From Bacteroidota bacterium (GTDB lineage Bacteria > Bacteroidota > Bacteroidia > CAILMK01), in assembly GCA_026391915.1 (NCBI GenBank), contig JAPLCZ010000164.1, positions 1,397-65,396 on the forward strand: a stretch of DNA of 64,000 nt. The letters are read 5' to 3'. The position numbers and the translations under genes are program-made. How positions within the stretch are numbered: position 1 is the stretch's first letter; every line of letters starts with the position of its first letter. The notes under the pieces were generated by a model, which worked only from the letters and a program-made list of their open reading frames with translations, was not told the origin of the DNA and did no database searches. This document shows positions 19,601-31,100 of the stretch, piece after piece.

Positions 19601-22600
19601 TTCATCTTTGCTTTTTGAGCTGGTATTGGTAACTTTTAAAGGGGCTTCGTACTCATAATAATTATTGGTTTGGTCAGCGCCTACTCTTATAAAAATATGG
19701 GCTTCATCATCCCTTAAAGTATTGTTTTGTTGATGGGCATGCACAAAGAATTTAAGGTGTTTATAAAGCCTCACATCAAACTGTGTGTTCTTAAAAACCG
19801 ACCTTGCATCACCATCATCAAGCCCACAAATTCTTAATGCAAGCGACTGCTCATTTTGTGCAATTTGGTCAGGGGTGGTTTGGTCAACATCACGGATAAT
19901 GCCTGGAGGAATTACATAAGGTGGCTTACTGTGACCGTTCTTTTCAAGGCTCACACTGGCTACCGTGAAATTGGTATTATCATCATCTACAGTTACCTGT
20001 TGCCCCGGGGATTTTAAAGAGAAAAGATTCTTCCTCCACTCGCCTCTCACCAAATCCATTCTTGCAAAACGGATGGTGGTTTGGTCAGTAAATCCTGTCA
20101 TATACATCCTCATAAAACGGATGGATTTTAAATCGGGCTGCCCAACTTTTTTCAGGAAATCATTCACCGGAACTTTGAACTGATACCATGTAATATTGGT
20201 CGTTTTTTTATCCTTGGTAGTTACCGGAACAGTGAGGATATCTGTGATGTAATTCTTATCCCTAAACTTTAAATCGTTAGTGTTTATTTTGATTTTATAT
20301 TCAAAAAACTCCTCTGTTTGGTTGAGGGTAAAATCTCCGTTTAAGTCTTCATCATCAGGGTTGGTAGTACCATATCCTGAGGAGTTAGCAGCACCGGTAT
20401 TTGCAACTGGAGTATTGCCTTGCGGGTTGTTATAATATTTGTAACGGCGGATGATATCTGCATTGGCAGCGTTGTAATCATCACCTGTATAAAAATGAAA
20501 ATTATCTGCAGAAGGGTCGTCATCAAACTTTGGATAAACTGATGATTTTACTTTGGATTGCACCTTGGTGAGGTAGCTATATTTCTTCTCCAAATAATCA
20601 CGTTCATCGTTATCAGTATCTGTTGGGCCAAGGCCATCATAGCCCACATCCTGATACTTTCTTGAGGTGGCATCATTGTCAAAAGCACGGGTAATATGCA
20701 GCAGTTTTGGGATTCGTGCATAGGCAGTAGAATCCACATTATCCACCGTAGAAGTTTTAGGCAAACCATTCTCCCAACTCTCTCTTCCATCCTTCAAAAT
20801 GTCTTCTGAAACATTACCCAAATTCAATACTATTTCTCCATTAAGATTATTGTTTTTAATCAATGGGTCCATCATCCAAAACTCCACATATTGAATGTTT
20901 GAGGCTTCAAAATCGCTATTATCAATTTTGCGCATTATACCGCCCCAATGCTTTTCCGGATGCAATAAATAGCCATCAGCATCAAGGTCATCAGTATTAA
21001 AATTATAAGGGCCTCTTTCGTTAGGATAATAGGTTAAATCTAAGGTGGCAAGTGTGCCAGGGGTACCTGTCGGCAATTGCTTATTTGGGAATACTTCCGT
21101 CTCAATTACCTCCCGCATATATGGGTCGCTTTGCATACCTAAATCAGACTTTATATGTGCTGGAGTAAGAGTATTATTTCTGAAGAAAATAGGGTCAATA
21201 GTGTACCATGTCAACTTTGCCCTGTTGTAGTTGGAAGCAATATTATCAAACAAACCAGACTCTGGAAATTTTGGAGAAGTAGGGGTGCTGGCAAGCGACC
21301 AATAATTTCCTAATCTCAAATCATAGCCAACTTCGCTGGCTTCAAAATCATCAAGGTATGAGACTCCCTTTTCTTTATTATTTACACCATCAAGCAAGGT
21401 TGGGTGTCCGGGAATTATCTGGGCAAACTCTCCTTTTAAAAGGATGTTGGATTTTTCTTTGGTTTCATAGAAAGGAAGTTTATCTACCATTTTTGTAAGG
21501 AATCTGGAATCAGTCGTGTAGCTTCCATCCAATCCCCAAATAGCATTTCGTATGGGCTCCTCACCAATATTTACTTTGGTAGTGAGGGGGCGTTCTCTCA
21601 AATAAAGCAAGGTACCACCAAGGTTAAAATCTTTGCTGAATTTATACTCTGCCCTTGTGCCCATCATGGTTTTTTGTTGGATGGAGAAAAGTGAATTGCT
21701 CTCCAACTGAACCCTAATTACAGAACCAGAACTAATAATTCCCGGGTTAATAATTTTTACTCTGCCTAAAGAATAATCCACCGTAAAATCTGAGTTTTCA
21801 TGGAGCTCCTGCCCACCAGCGTAAACCTTTACTGCTCCCTGTGGAATATTGAAAGCACCCAAAGAAATTTCAGAACCGGAAGTGCTTTGGTAGTATCCTC
21901 TTAAATAAAATTTGTTCTTACTTGCTTGCTGTATGGCTACTGATTTTGTGGAAGAATAAAGCGAGTCATAAATAAACTTTTCCGCAACCACTGGGTCAGC
22001 AAATTTTTTGCGTAAACTTTTTCCAAAAGGCTCAAGCACCGGGAAGATAATTCTACCGTTAGAACTGTTAACGGTTACCCCTTCTAAATAGTCAAAATTA
22101 CCATCTGCCTTAAGCTCAACCTGAGAGTTAAATCTATCCAAACCAAGTAACCTAATTAGTGGAATTCCATCAACTCCTTTATCCGAAGGTACCGGTAAAT
22201 AATTGAGGTAGGCGCCACTTTCATTATCCTCATAAATTACTTGTAGTTTGAAATCTGTTGCCTGAATTTGATAGGCATTTAGTGAATAAACATTCTTCAT
22301 CATCAAATTCCATAGCGGCACATCAGTACGGGTTGAGGTTCCTTTCAATAATTTTACGTAAAGCACGTTTGGGTTGTAAACATCAGGTGGAACATCTTTA
22401 GAAAACTCACCCACCTGAAATCTTTGTCCACCTACAGTATATTCATACGCTACGGCGACTACATCATCAGGTTTGAGTGAAACATTTAAGGAAATATAAC
22501 CCAATTTACCATTGAGGGTATATTCAGTTGCGGAAAGCAAACGGGCATTATCAAGGCGTGCATAATCAACAGCTTTAAAGCCGGCATTATTTAACTCTGT

Positions 22601-23860
22601 CCCCACAGATTTAGTTTCCCTAAATCCTTTATTTGTGATGATGTATTTTGAAAATAAATTGTTGTTTTGGTTTTCAGGATAAACAAAATCTGAGCTATCA
22701 AGCAGCGTTTTATTATAGGGTTTAGCTTCTCCAACATCCATCATCCCAACAATGTTTCTTGTATTCTGCACATTGCCCTGCCCATTGGTTACCCAAACCT
22801 CAACCTTACTAATTATTACTGGAGAAAACGAAGGATAATTTTTGTTGGCCTGCTCAAAATTATCTCTGAAATATTGTGATAAAAAGAAGTGCTTATTGGA
22901 TTCGTAATTATCAGCAGTGATGTCAAATTTTGTACGTTGAGCACCGTTCTCTACTGTTATTTCTTTCTTCTCTCCTTTGTTTTGTGAGAACACACCAGTA
23001 AGATAAAGTTTACCAAACTGGAACTGACCTTTAACCCCAAACAAACTATGGCTACCTGTAATTAAAGAGTTGCTGATAGGCATAGAAACATCACCTATTT
23101 CAAAGTTTTTTACAATCTCATCTTCCTTACCATTGTAGTTTATTTTCTTTTGATTTTGGAAATCAAAGGCAGCTTGGGTATCATAGCTAAGGTTCAGTTT
23201 TACACGGTTGCCAATATTCCCCAGCACATTCATCTGAATCTTTTGGTCAAACTTAAACTGCTTTGATGTTTGCTCTTTTACACTCCAGTTTGGGTTAAGA
23301 GTTCTGTTATAATCCCAACCAAAAATTAACTCGGCAGAACCTGTAGGGCGTATGTCCACCAAGCCTCCAAATAATCCTTCAAACATGCCACCTTCTTTTA
23401 TAGTTTTAGGTGGTACAAGGCTCTTAGAAAGTACATTTACTTGAGATGCGGAACGCCTGCGGAAATAATCCTGAATCCACTCTTTGGTATCCTGCCGCAC
23501 ATACTCGCCAAACGGTACATATTTGCTATCCACAATTTCTTGCTTACCCACTTTTGTGGTTTGGCGATACTCATTATGGGCACTGTCATACTCCACTTTG
23601 CTTTGGACTGCATTAGGAGTTTTAAGGTCAAGAGAATTATTTTTTATTCGGAGGTAAGGGTTCCATTTATCATACACTAAAGGATAGCGCAAACGGTTAG
23701 TGGTATCCTTTGGTACTACCGGAGAATCAATAGGATTTGCCTCCTCAAATGCTAATGGAAATTTAAGGGCACTAGACTTTCCGGCATACACAAATGCCAC
23801 AACAGTAGATATGCCCACTGCGAACAGACTCTTGCGAAGAGATATAGAAAAAAGGGTCAA
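16685..23860 (-). CDS. sprA: SprA, gliding-motility / type IX secretion translocon outer membrane protein
   Basis: 2391 aa (F. johnsoniae SprA is about 2400 aa) with a signal peptide. The giant beta-barrel-like composition and the characteristic N-terminus (KFPLAFEEANPIDSPVVPKDTTNRLRYPL) match. Position immediately downstream of ruvA is the synteny I recall for Flavobacteriia. TAG stop. Confidence 0.9.
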   Translation of the reverse strand: MTLFSISLRKSLFAVGISTVVAFVYAGKSSALKFPLAFEEANPIDSPVVPKDTTNRLRYPLVYDKWNPYLRIKNNSLDLKTPNAVQSKVEYDSAHNEYRQTTKVGKQEIVDSKYVPFGEYVRQDTKEWIQDYFRRRSASQVNVLSKSLVPPKTIKEGGMFEGLFGGLVDIRPTGSAELIFGWDYNRTLNPNWSVKEQTSKQFKFDQKIQMNVLGNIGNRVKLNLSYDTQAAFDFQNQKKINYNGKEDEIVKNFEIGDVSMPISNSLITGSHSLFGVKGQFQFGKLYLTGVFSQNKGEKKEITVENGAQRTKFDITADNYESNKHFFLSQYFRDNFEQANKNYPSFSPVIISKVEVWVTNGQGNVQNTRNIVGMMDVGEAKPYNKTLLDSSDFVYPENQNNNLFSKYIITNKGFRETKSVGTELNNAGFKAVDYARLDNARLLSATEYTLNGKLGYISLNVSLKPDDVVAVAYEYTVGGQRFQVGEFSKDVPPDVYNPNVLYVKLLKGTSTRTDVPLWNLMMKNVYSLNAYQIQATDFKLQVIYEDNESGAYLNYLPVPSDKGVDGIPLIRLLGLDRFNSQVELKADGNFDYLEGVTVNSSNGRIIFPVLEPFGKSLRKKFADPVVAEKFIYDSLYSSTKSVAIQQASKNKFYLRGYYQSTSGSEISLGAFNIPQGAVKVYAGGQELHENSDFTVDYSLGRVKIINPGIISSGSVIRVQLESNSLFSIQQKTMMGTRAEYKFSKDFNLGGTLLYLRERPLTTKVNIGEEPIRNAIWGLDGSYTTDSRFLTKMVDKLPFYETKEKSNILLKGEFAQIIPGHPTLLDGVNNKEKGVSYLDDFEASEVGYDLRLGNYWSLASTPTSPKFPESGLFDNIASNYNRAKLTWYTIDPIFFRNNTLTPAHIKSDLGMQSDPYMREVIETEVFPNKQLPTGTPGTLATLDLTYYPNERGPYNFNTDDLDADGYLLHPEKHWGGIMRKIDNSDFEASNIQYVEFWMMDPLIKNNNLNGEIVLNLGNVSEDILKDGRESWENGLPKTSTVDNVDSTAYARIPKLLHITRAFDNDATSRKYQDVGYDGLGPTDTDNDERDYLEKKYSYLTKVQSKVKSSVYPKFDDDPSADNFHFYTGDDYNAANADIIRRYKYYNNPQGNTPVANTGAANSSGYGTTNPDDEDLNGDFTLNQTEEFFEYKIKINTNDLKFRDKNYITDILTVPVTTKDKKTTNITWYQFKVPVNDFLKKVGQPDLKSIRFMRMYMTGFTDQTTIRFARMDLVRGEWRKNLFSLKSPGQQVTVDDDNTNFTVASVSLEKNGHSKPPYVIPPGIIRDVDQTTPDQIAQNEQSLALRICGLDDGDARSVFKNTQFDVRLYKHLKFFVHAHQQNNTLRDDEAHIFIRVGADQTNNYYEYEAPLKVTNTSSKSKDEIWPEQNRMDILLSDLYGAKQLREVKGASLLAPFTTAAADGKGIVTVVGNPDLGNMKTIMIGIRNPKDDGKPLCGEFWLDELRITEFDESTGWAANLSANVKLADLGTVSSSVTRRSIGFGTLEQSVQQRSQKETSTFDIASSLRLGKLLPKMLYLEIPFYVSYSENSQRPRFNPLRQDLPFNDVVNAYDGFPSKKDSVLKANLDFTSRTNLNFTNVKKMPNPKRKSSYPWDIENVYVTYSYSEVFKRNIEKIYDYDKLYKGVIGYNYNFKAKSVEPFKKLGEGKAGPYLKLISEFNFYYLPQTFAFTQSVDRKFGEILYRNTDDYKSQIIPIYDKYFKMNRTYDFRYNLAKSLKFSYSGKADLRVSEPDGKIDQQWKKDSVKNNIISPRLYGYNHNVSLSYDVPINKLPLLDWTTLQTTYQGTYGWAGAPPASPNIKNTISNAENININGQLNFAGLYSKIPFLKKIVQGQSNIEDIKKKQQEEANKKRSKTGKDTLEKQIPINEGAIRLAENSLRLLMTIRAVSVNYSYGEGTTIPGFQHQAKYLGMDPNNAFAPGPLFVLGLQQDVASLQKTIADNDWLQKGKNIDTSYTAYLIKTKTINFTGNATLEPLKNFRITVDFTKRYVENYQTLYRWTEADNGHYQAYAPVTTGSFSISILPISTSFIKDKPNNISPVFEQLQLNRLIVARRLSDDNIVNRGKINPTTGFPMGYGGTQQEVLMYSFMAAYLGKDANTIALSPFINMPMPNWRVNYNGLNNIEFVKKFAKNITFNHSYKSLYTVGNYQTTLLYDPNKKAVGDTNLRAKLQIDNMVITEDFAPLGGLDITWVNNMTTRIEYKKSRNLSFGFTNYQLTEIKSDEFTIGAGYKTNKFLIPFARRGKKKFYLQNELTARLDFSIRDNKTTIRVLDQGQAQSASGQQILSLQPNIDYVLSKSLTAKIFYKRQLTTPHVSTQYPTSQHNIGFSLRYTLTP

Positions 23861-23891
23861 ACTAAAAGTTAAAAATTGGTAGTGTAGAAGT

Positions 23892-24479
23892 CTAAATCAA
23901 TTGCAATGCTTTTTTAATGAGTTGTTCAACGGTTAATTCTTCTGATTTATTATCAGCCTGTATTTTTATTATTGCTTTTTCTGCGGCAGATTTCACAAAG
24001 CCCAACATCACTAACGCAGAAACTGCTTCATTATTTTGTTTGTTAAAAGAAGATATTTCTATGCTATCTCCCATTGGTTCTTTTTGCAAAACATCTTGCA
24101 GTTCTATAATTATTCTTTGTGCGGATTTTGGTCCAATACCTTTTACAGATTTTAAGAACGTAACATCACCTTTTATTATTGCATGGCGTAATTCGTTGGG
24201 TGATAAATAAGATAAAAGTGTGCGGGCTGTGTTTGGTCCCACACCACTTATAGAAATCAAATGGCGGAAAAGCCCTCTTTCATTTTCATCATGGAAACCA
24301 TAAAGGGAATGCCCATCTTCTTTTACAATAAAATGAGTGAGCAATCTGCAGCGGTCAAACCTCTGGATTTTCTCATAGGTATTTAATGAAATGTTGATTT
24401 GGTAACCAACACCATTTGTATCCAGAACTACGAAAGCAGGCGATTTGTGTGTAATTGTCCCCTCTATATGGTTATACAT
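23892..24479 (-). CDS. ruvA: Holliday junction DNA helicase RuvA
   Basis: 195 aa. MYNHIEGTITHKSPAFVVLDTNGVGYQINISLNTY; HhH motifs (ISGVGPNTARTLL, VKGIGPKSAQRII). Confidence 0.9.
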   Translation of the reverse strand: MYNHIEGTITHKSPAFVVLDTNGVGYQINISLNTYEKIQRFDRCRLLTHFIVKEDGHSLYGFHDENERGLFRHLISISGVGPNTARTLLSYLSPNELRHAIIKGDVTFLKSVKGIGPKSAQRIIIELQDVLQKEPMGDSIEISSFNKQNNEAVSALVMLGFVKSAAEKAIIKIQADNKSEELTVEQLIKKALQLI

Positions 24480-24538
24480 TTTTTGCGTTTATCAAAAATT
24501 TTTCCAATCATGCTATTTCCCTCTTAAACAGGTATAAA

Positions 24539-26809
24539 TTATTTCTTTTCTTTGTTTTGTGCATCCATCACAGCCAATGAAACCATGTTCACAATCTCCC
24601 TTACTGATGAACCCAATTGTAAAATATGAACAGACTTTTTCATCCCTAAAAGCACTGGGCCTATGGCTTCCATAGCACCCAACTCTTGCAAAAGTTTGTA
24701 GGCAATATTTCCGCTGGAGAGGCTTGGGAATATTAATGTATTCACGGTATGCCCTGTCAAATCGCTGAACTCAAAATGTTCTTTCATCATCTCTGGGTTT
24801 ACCGCAAAGTTTGCTTGCAACTCTCCATCAATAATCATTTCCGGGTGTTTCTTTTTTAGGATTGATACCGCCTTTGCCACAATCTTAGGTTGTTCTGCAT
24901 CTGTAGAGCCAAAATTGGAGAAGGAAAGCATGGCAATTTTTGGGGTGATATCAAACTGCTTTACGGCATTATAAGTAAGCTCTGTGATGGTGACTAAATC
25001 CTCTGCCGTGGGTGCAATATTCACTGTGGTATCAGCCAAAAAGAAAGGCCCTTTTTTGGTGATTAAAATATACATACCTGCCACCAGATTCACCCCATCT
25101 TGTGCACCAATGGTGTGCAAAGCTGGGCGGATAGTTTCAGGGTAGCGGCGTGTAAGTCCGCTGATAAGTGCATCCGCCTCGCCGGTTTGTACCATAGCAG
25201 AACCATAGTAATTTCTGAGGCGCATTAATTTTTCACACTCAGCTTTATTAAGGCCTCTGCGTTTTCTTTTATCAAAAAGAAGTTGGCCATATTCCTTCTG
25301 ATGAAGTTCATCCATAATAGGGTCAATCATGGGTACGTTTTCCAACCCCAATTTATATTCTTTAATCAGTGCTTTTATCTTTTGCACATTGCCCAAGAGG
25401 ATAGGGTGTGCAATTTTTTCATCCCTTACAATCTGTGCAGCTTTTAAAATTTTGAGGTTATCTGCCTCAGCAAAAACTACCCGCTTAGGGTCTTTTTTAG
25501 CACGGTTTACAATGATGCGGGTAAGTTTATTTTCTATCCCAATTCTACCTCTGAGTTCTTCTTCGTAAGCATCCCAATCAGTAATTTGAATTTTAGCCAC
25601 CCCAGACTTCATGGCTGCTTTTGCTACTGCAGGGGCAATGGTATAAATCAATCTCGGGTCAATAGGTTTTGGGATAATATACTCCCTGCCAAAAGTCATA
25701 TTGGGCATGTTGTAAGTATGCGCAACAATATCCGGAACGGGAGTGCGGGTAAGCTCCGCCAATGCTTTCACTACTGCCAATTTCATCTCCTCATTTATAG
25801 TAGTAGCATTAACATCCAGCGCGCCACGGAATATGTATGGGAATCCTAATACATTATTTACTTGGTTAGGATGGTCACTCCTGCCTGTTGCCACAATCAC
25901 ATCTGGCCTTGAAGCTTTTGCGAGTTCATAATCAATCTCTGGGTCAGGGTTAGCAAGAGCAAAAACTATAGGGTCTTTTGCCATACTCTTCACCATGTCC
26001 TGTGAAATAATATTTGCTTTGGAGAGCCCAATAAATGCATCAGCATTATTCATAGCCTTCTCTAAAGTTTCATATTTTTCAGAAGTAGCAAATGGGCGTT
26101 TGATGTCGTCCAAATCTTTGCGGTCTTTGGTGATGAGTCCTTTACTATCAAATACCAAAAAATTTTTTGTGCTTGCCCCAAGTGCAACTAATATCTTCAT
26201 GCAACTAATGGCGGAAGCCCCAGCCCCACTCACAACAAACTTTATATCCTTCATCTTTTTGCCAACAATTTCTGCGGCATTAAGCATGGCAGCACCCACT
26301 ATCATGGCGGTGCCGTGTTGGTCATCATGCATCACAGGGATATTCATTTCTGCTTTAAGTCGGCGTTCTATTTCAAAGCATTCTGGCGCTGCAATATCTT
26401 CTAAATTTATTCCACCGAAAGTGGGTTCTAAAGCCTTCACCACTTTAACAAAATCTTCAACCTCTGTGGCGTTAACCTCTATATCAAAGACATCAATATC
26501 AGCAAATACTTTAAAGAGAATCCCCTTTCCCTCCATCACAGGTTTGGATGCCTCCGGGCCAATATTTCCTAATCCTAAAACTGCCGTGCCGTTGCTGATA
26601 ACACCCACCAAATTGGCTTTTGCGGTGTATTTGCGCACCAATTCTTTGTCTTTAGCAATCTCCAGACACGGCACTGCAACTCCAGGAGAATATGCCAACG
26701 CCAAATCCATTTGGGTGCTGGTGGGTTTGGTAGCTACCACTTCTATTTTTCCAGGCCTGCCTTTGCTGTGGTAATCAAGGGCATCTTGGTTTTGGATTTT
26801 CTGTTTCAT
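24539..26809 (-). CDS. maeB: NADP-dependent malic enzyme (malic enzyme + phosphate acetyltransferase-like domain)
   Basis: QDALDYHSKGRPGKIEV...AYSPGVA is a malic-enzyme N-terminus, with a C-terminal PTA-like domain. The track start is 26839, but the ATG at 26809 (MKQKIQNQDALDYH) fits better. Confidence 0.85.
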   Translation of the reverse strand: MKQKIQNQDALDYHSKGRPGKIEVVATKPTSTQMDLALAYSPGVAVPCLEIAKDKELVRKYTAKANLVGVISNGTAVLGLGNIGPEASKPVMEGKGILFKVFADIDVFDIEVNATEVEDFVKVVKALEPTFGGINLEDIAAPECFEIERRLKAEMNIPVMHDDQHGTAMIVGAAMLNAAEIVGKKMKDIKFVVSGAGASAISCMKILVALGASTKNFLVFDSKGLITKDRKDLDDIKRPFATSEKYETLEKAMNNADAFIGLSKANIISQDMVKSMAKDPIVFALANPDPEIDYELAKASRPDVIVATGRSDHPNQVNNVLGFPYIFRGALDVNATTINEEMKLAVVKALAELTRTPVPDIVAHTYNMPNMTFGREYIIPKPIDPRLIYTIAPAVAKAAMKSGVAKIQITDWDAYEEELRGRIGIENKLTRIIVNRAKKDPKRVVFAEADNLKILKAAQIVRDEKIAHPILLGNVQKIKALIKEYKLGLENVPMIDPIMDELHQKEYGQLLFDKRKRRGLNKAECEKLMRLRNYYGSAMVQTGEADALISGLTRRYPETIRPALHTIGAQDGVNLVAGMYILITKKGPFFLADTTVNIAPTAEDLVTITELTYNAVKQFDITPKIAMLSFSNFGSTDAEQPKIVAKAVSILKKKHPEMIIDGELQANFAVNPEMMKEHFEFSDLTGHTVNTLIFPSLSSGNIAYKLLQELGAMEAIGPVLLGMKKSVHILQLGSSVREIVNMVSLAVMDAQNKEKK

Positions 26810-26961
26810 CTTGGCAATTAAACTCTTTAAGCGGTGCAAGTTAATAAAAGATAATTGTTACCTAATCATTCTAATTTAAGGCAACTTGGTTAACCCTTAA
26901 AAGATGGGTTTTAGAGGTTTGTTTTATAAAATCTATATTTGCTCTTTAATCATTAATAACT

Positions 26962-27933
26962 ATGCAAATTAAGAAAAGGGAATCAAGGTTAAAAAGTAAA
27001 ATCTCGTTAATGTTTTTTTGTTTTTGCATGTTGATGATAATGGCGCAACTCACTGCCATTGCTCAAGACGTAGAAACTAAAAAATTCAACTTTAAAGATT
27101 ATTTATTAGGAGAAAAAGACAATAGGGTTTTTGCTACAGAACTTAATCTTCATTATGGCTATATTTATTCTCCTTTGCAATACAAATCCTTTAATGATTT
27201 TCTGGATCTGTACATGACTTTAAACAAAAAAGACAATATCAACATACCTTCTTTTAGCCCCGTATGGCACAGCACTTATGGTGTTAGTTTTAGGATTGCT
27301 GCGCTAGGTGCAGAGATAGGAACAACAGAGCTAAACTATCATACCCAAGCAGATAAATATTTTATTGATACCGCAGGAAACCCCATAGGGCGAAGAGAAT
27401 TTGATTTAGGCCTTTCTGAAAATTATATGGCAATTTTTATAGGTATGCGCAAACGCTATTATGGTTACGGAGTGAGTGTGGGAGGCGTATTTGGTACTGC
27501 TACCTTAAAACCAACATTTAGGGATTATACTACTCAAAAAAGTAATCCCGGAGGAACTGCTCCATATTTAATAGGAACCTTTACGGGTAGATACAGATAT
27601 GTAACCATAGGCCCTGAGTTTTATGTGGGGTTGGGCAGACTTAAAGTAGCATTTAGGTTTGATTATTCTTTGCCAGCTTTTAGGAGTATACAGTTTCCAT
27701 CCGGCACAGCCATCCGGGATGAAGATGATAATTCGGGGGCTAATTATGGACCTTATATTCCTAGAACAATGGAGGCATATAAAAGCATAGATGCATATCG
27801 CGGCGCTGGGGATGGAAGGATGTACGTTGGCACAGATATACAGAGCAATAGATTCTCCCTAAGGCTAATTTATAGCATAGGTTATTGGGCAATGCCACGT
27901 AGTAATGGGCAACCAAAAAAGCTATTTTACTAA
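26962..27933 (+). CDS. hypothetical outer-membrane beta-barrel-like protein
   Basis: 323 aa with a signal peptide (...MLMIMAQLTAIAQD). It is aromatic/Gly-rich with alternating hydrophobic beta-strand pattern and ends with an aromatic residue. It lies directly upstream of the giant T9SS adhesin, so a PorP/SprF-like partner role is possible, but the FSQY N-terminal motif of that family is absent. Confidence 0.5.
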   Translation: MQIKKRESRLKSKISLMFFCFCMLMIMAQLTAIAQDVETKKFNFKDYLLGEKDNRVFATELNLHYGYIYSPLQYKSFNDFLDLYMTLNKKDNINIPSFSPVWHSTYGVSFRIAALGAEIGTTELNYHTQADKYFIDTAGNPIGRREFDLGLSENYMAIFIGMRKRYYGYGVSVGGVFGTATLKPTFRDYTTQKSNPGGTAPYLIGTFTGRYRYVTIGPEFYVGLGRLKVAFRFDYSLPAFRSIQFPSGTAIRDEDDNSGANYGPYIPRTMEAYKSIDAYRGAGDGRMYVGTDIQSNRFSLRLIYSIGYWAMPRSNGQPKKLFY

Positions 27934-28040
27934 CAAAATCTTAACGGCAATCGTCAACTCTACTGTAAACATCAGCCTTCACCTGATAATAGAAAAACCC
28001 TTTCCGCTTTGTTATCAGGGTATTAATTTTTTTAAAGGTG

Positions 28041-28070
28041 TTGATAGTTTATTTAAAAAGTCTAACTTTG
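28041..28070 (+). promoter_or_regulatory. Bacteroidetes sigma-A promoter (TTG-N19-TAACTTTG) for the giant adhesin gene
   Basis: TTG at 28041-43, a 19-nt spacer, then TAACTTTG at 28063-70. The ATG at 28113 follows at a normal leader distance. Confidence 0.55.
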
Positions 28071-28112
28071 CTTTTTAATACCAAGAAATAAAAATTTACC
28101 AAACATATTCTT

Positions 28113-31100
28113 ATGGCACACACAAACAATTTTACAAAAACAACTGCATGGAGTAAAGCAATCTTAACATTGCTTTTTGCAGTTTTAATGGCAAGCAATG
28201 CTATGGCACAGCTTACCGGCACTTACACAATAGATGCAACCAAATCTGCATCTTCAACTAACTACACTTCTTTTCAGGATGCTGTAGATGACTTACTAAA
28301 CGGAACAAGAACCAGTGGCACAGCAAATGGCCCTGGTGTAAAAGCTGCCGTTAAGTTTAATGTTGCTAAAGGTACTTATTATGAGTCCTTTGAAATCACA
28401 GCCATATCCGGTGCTGATGCAACAAATACCATTACCTTTGATGGGGGTGATAGTAGCAAGACTATAATTAATGACACACTCAATGCAAACAACTTTGTAG
28501 TTTACTTGAATGGGGGTGCATTTATCACCTTTAAAAATCTTACAATTCAGAGAAGCATCACTGATGGTAATGTTATCAAACTTGATAACTATGCTGATAG
28601 CAACAGTTTTATTAGCAACCGGCTGGTTGGTTATCCAACAACAGGTTATACTAACACGGCTGTAGTTTATGCTTACAGTTATTCCACAGGCGATAGCGCC
28701 AACAGGTTTATTAATAACACAATTGAAAACTCCTGTTTTGCTTTTTACTGGTATGGTGGATACAGCAATAGACCTATTGGAAATATAATTGACCACAATA
28801 TAATTTATGGTCAATCTTATTATGGTATCTACATGTGGTATATGGATAGAACACAAATTACCAATAATAAAATTATTGAAACAAATGGATACTACCCTAT
28901 GCTTCTTGGGCAAATTGACGCAACTTCGGATACTTCTCTAATAGCGAATAACTTTATCAGTTATACAGGTGGAGGAACCGGCTATGGTGTATATGTATAT
29001 ATGAGTGATATGTTTAATTTCTATAACAATAACGTGTATACCGACGTTTCAAATTCATATTCTACAGCTGCATATTTTTATAGGTATACAGCAGGAACTT
29101 CAGTAAACGTAATGAATAATATTTTTGTGAATACGGGTGGTGGTTTTGCAATTACCCAATACTATAATGGCTATGGCTTCACCAATTCAGACTATAACGA
29201 TTTTTATTGGACAGGTGCTAATATGGGGCAATGGAATGGCTCAAGCCAAGCTGATCTTGCCACATGGCAATCTACATCTAGTATGGATGCTAATAGTATG
29301 GATGTTAATCCTAAATTCTACAGCAAAACAAATTTGCATGTTATTAATGTTTTATTAAATGGAAAGGGAAGCGTTAGTACTAGTGTCCCAAAAGATATTG
29401 ATGGAGAAACAAGAAATGCAACTACACCAGACATTGGTGCCGATGAATTTTTCCCAGTAGCCAATGATGTTGGGGCTACTGGAGTAGATAGCCCTGCAGT
29501 AGGATTTTGTATTGGTAAACGCAATGTTTATGTACGCATTACAAACTTTGGTACAGCAGTTTTAACCAGCGCCAATATTGATTGGTGGGTAAATGGTACA
29601 GCTCAAACAAGCAAATCAGTAAGCCTGAGTAGTAACCCGCTAGGTATAGGCAAAGACACTGTAATCTATGTAGGCAATTATAACTTTTCAAGTGCAAGTG
29701 TTAAATATGTGGTAAAGGCTTCTGCAAATACACCTAATGGTTTAACCTCAGGGACGCCTACAGCAAATGACTCATTTACATCAATCGTTAATTCTGGTTT
29801 AAGTGGTACATTTACAATTGACCCTTCCAAAGCTGCTGGTAGTGGAAACTATCAAACTTTTACAGCTGCTGCAAATGATGTAACGGCTAAAGGTATTTGT
29901 GGTGCAGTAGTTATTAATGTTGCAAGTGGAACTTATACTGAGCAAGTGGCATTTGGATTTATTAGTGGAGCTAATGCCTCCAACACAGTTACTTTCCAAT
30001 CTTCTGCAAAGGATAGCACAAAGGTTATTCTTGATTTCCCTGCTACCAATTCTTATAGCCCAACGTCAGATTATACAGTTCAATTAAAGGGCTCTTCTCA
30101 TGTTACATTTAGATGGATGACCATTCAGCGTTCCGGTAGTGGTTATTATGGCAATGTGCTATCTATAAACGGGGGGTCACATTATAATCAATTTTTAAAT
30201 TCTATTCTTCGTAATACTGTTACAGGAACTAAATATAATTACATTATTTATTCTTCTGGGGATAATGATAGCTTCAACACCTTTGCTTATAACACCATTT
30301 ATGGTGGTGGTTATTATAACATTTATTGGATGGGAGTTTCTGGAGTTGGTGAGGTAGGCAATGTTTTCAAAAACAACCTTATTGACACTGTTCAGTATTA
30401 TGGAGCTTTATTGTTTTATCAAACAAGACTTCAGTTTTTGAATAATATTGTTACTGGTATTTCTTATCAATATGGCGCAGGTATTTATTGTTACAACTAC
30501 AATACCCCCGCTGACGGAACAAGAATTTCAGGCAATAAAGTTATTATGAGTAATGGTGGGTATTGCATGTACTCTTATTATCTAAGCGGTAGTGCTACTG
30601 ATTCAGTTGTTATTAGCAATAATTTCTTTACTTCTGTAGGTGCTACAGCTTATGGAGGCATGCATTACTATAGTGACTATCAAGCTATTTTGCATAACAA
30701 CTATTATGTTGATGGAACAAGTTCTTACGGTCTCTATATTTATGCTTTCTCCACAACTTCAATACATGTATTGAATAATAATATCATTAACCCAAGCAAT
30801 AGCAATAACACTTTGTATTCTCCAAGCTCAGGCTCTATAACCATTACAGATTATAATAACTTTGGAGATGCAACAGCTTTAAGTAATGTTCAGGCATTAT
30901 TTAGTCAGGATGTAAATTCATTTGGAGTGGATCCTAAATTTACATCAAAAACAGATTTGCACGTTAAAAATGTAACCCTTGATGCCGCAGCAACCCCAAT
31001 TGGAATTTTGAAGGATATTGACGGACAAACACGTAGTACAACAACTCCTGATATTGGTGCTGACGAATTTTTCCCTGTTGCAAATGATGCAGGAATAATT

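Noticed and set aside
26962-27933. Assignment of the OMP upstream of the giant adhesin to the PorP/SprF family
   Set aside because: Size (323 aa) and position fit, but the hallmark N-terminal QFSQYMFN-like motif is absent. It is kept as a generic beta-barrel OMP with the PorP/SprF idea noted only as a possibility.
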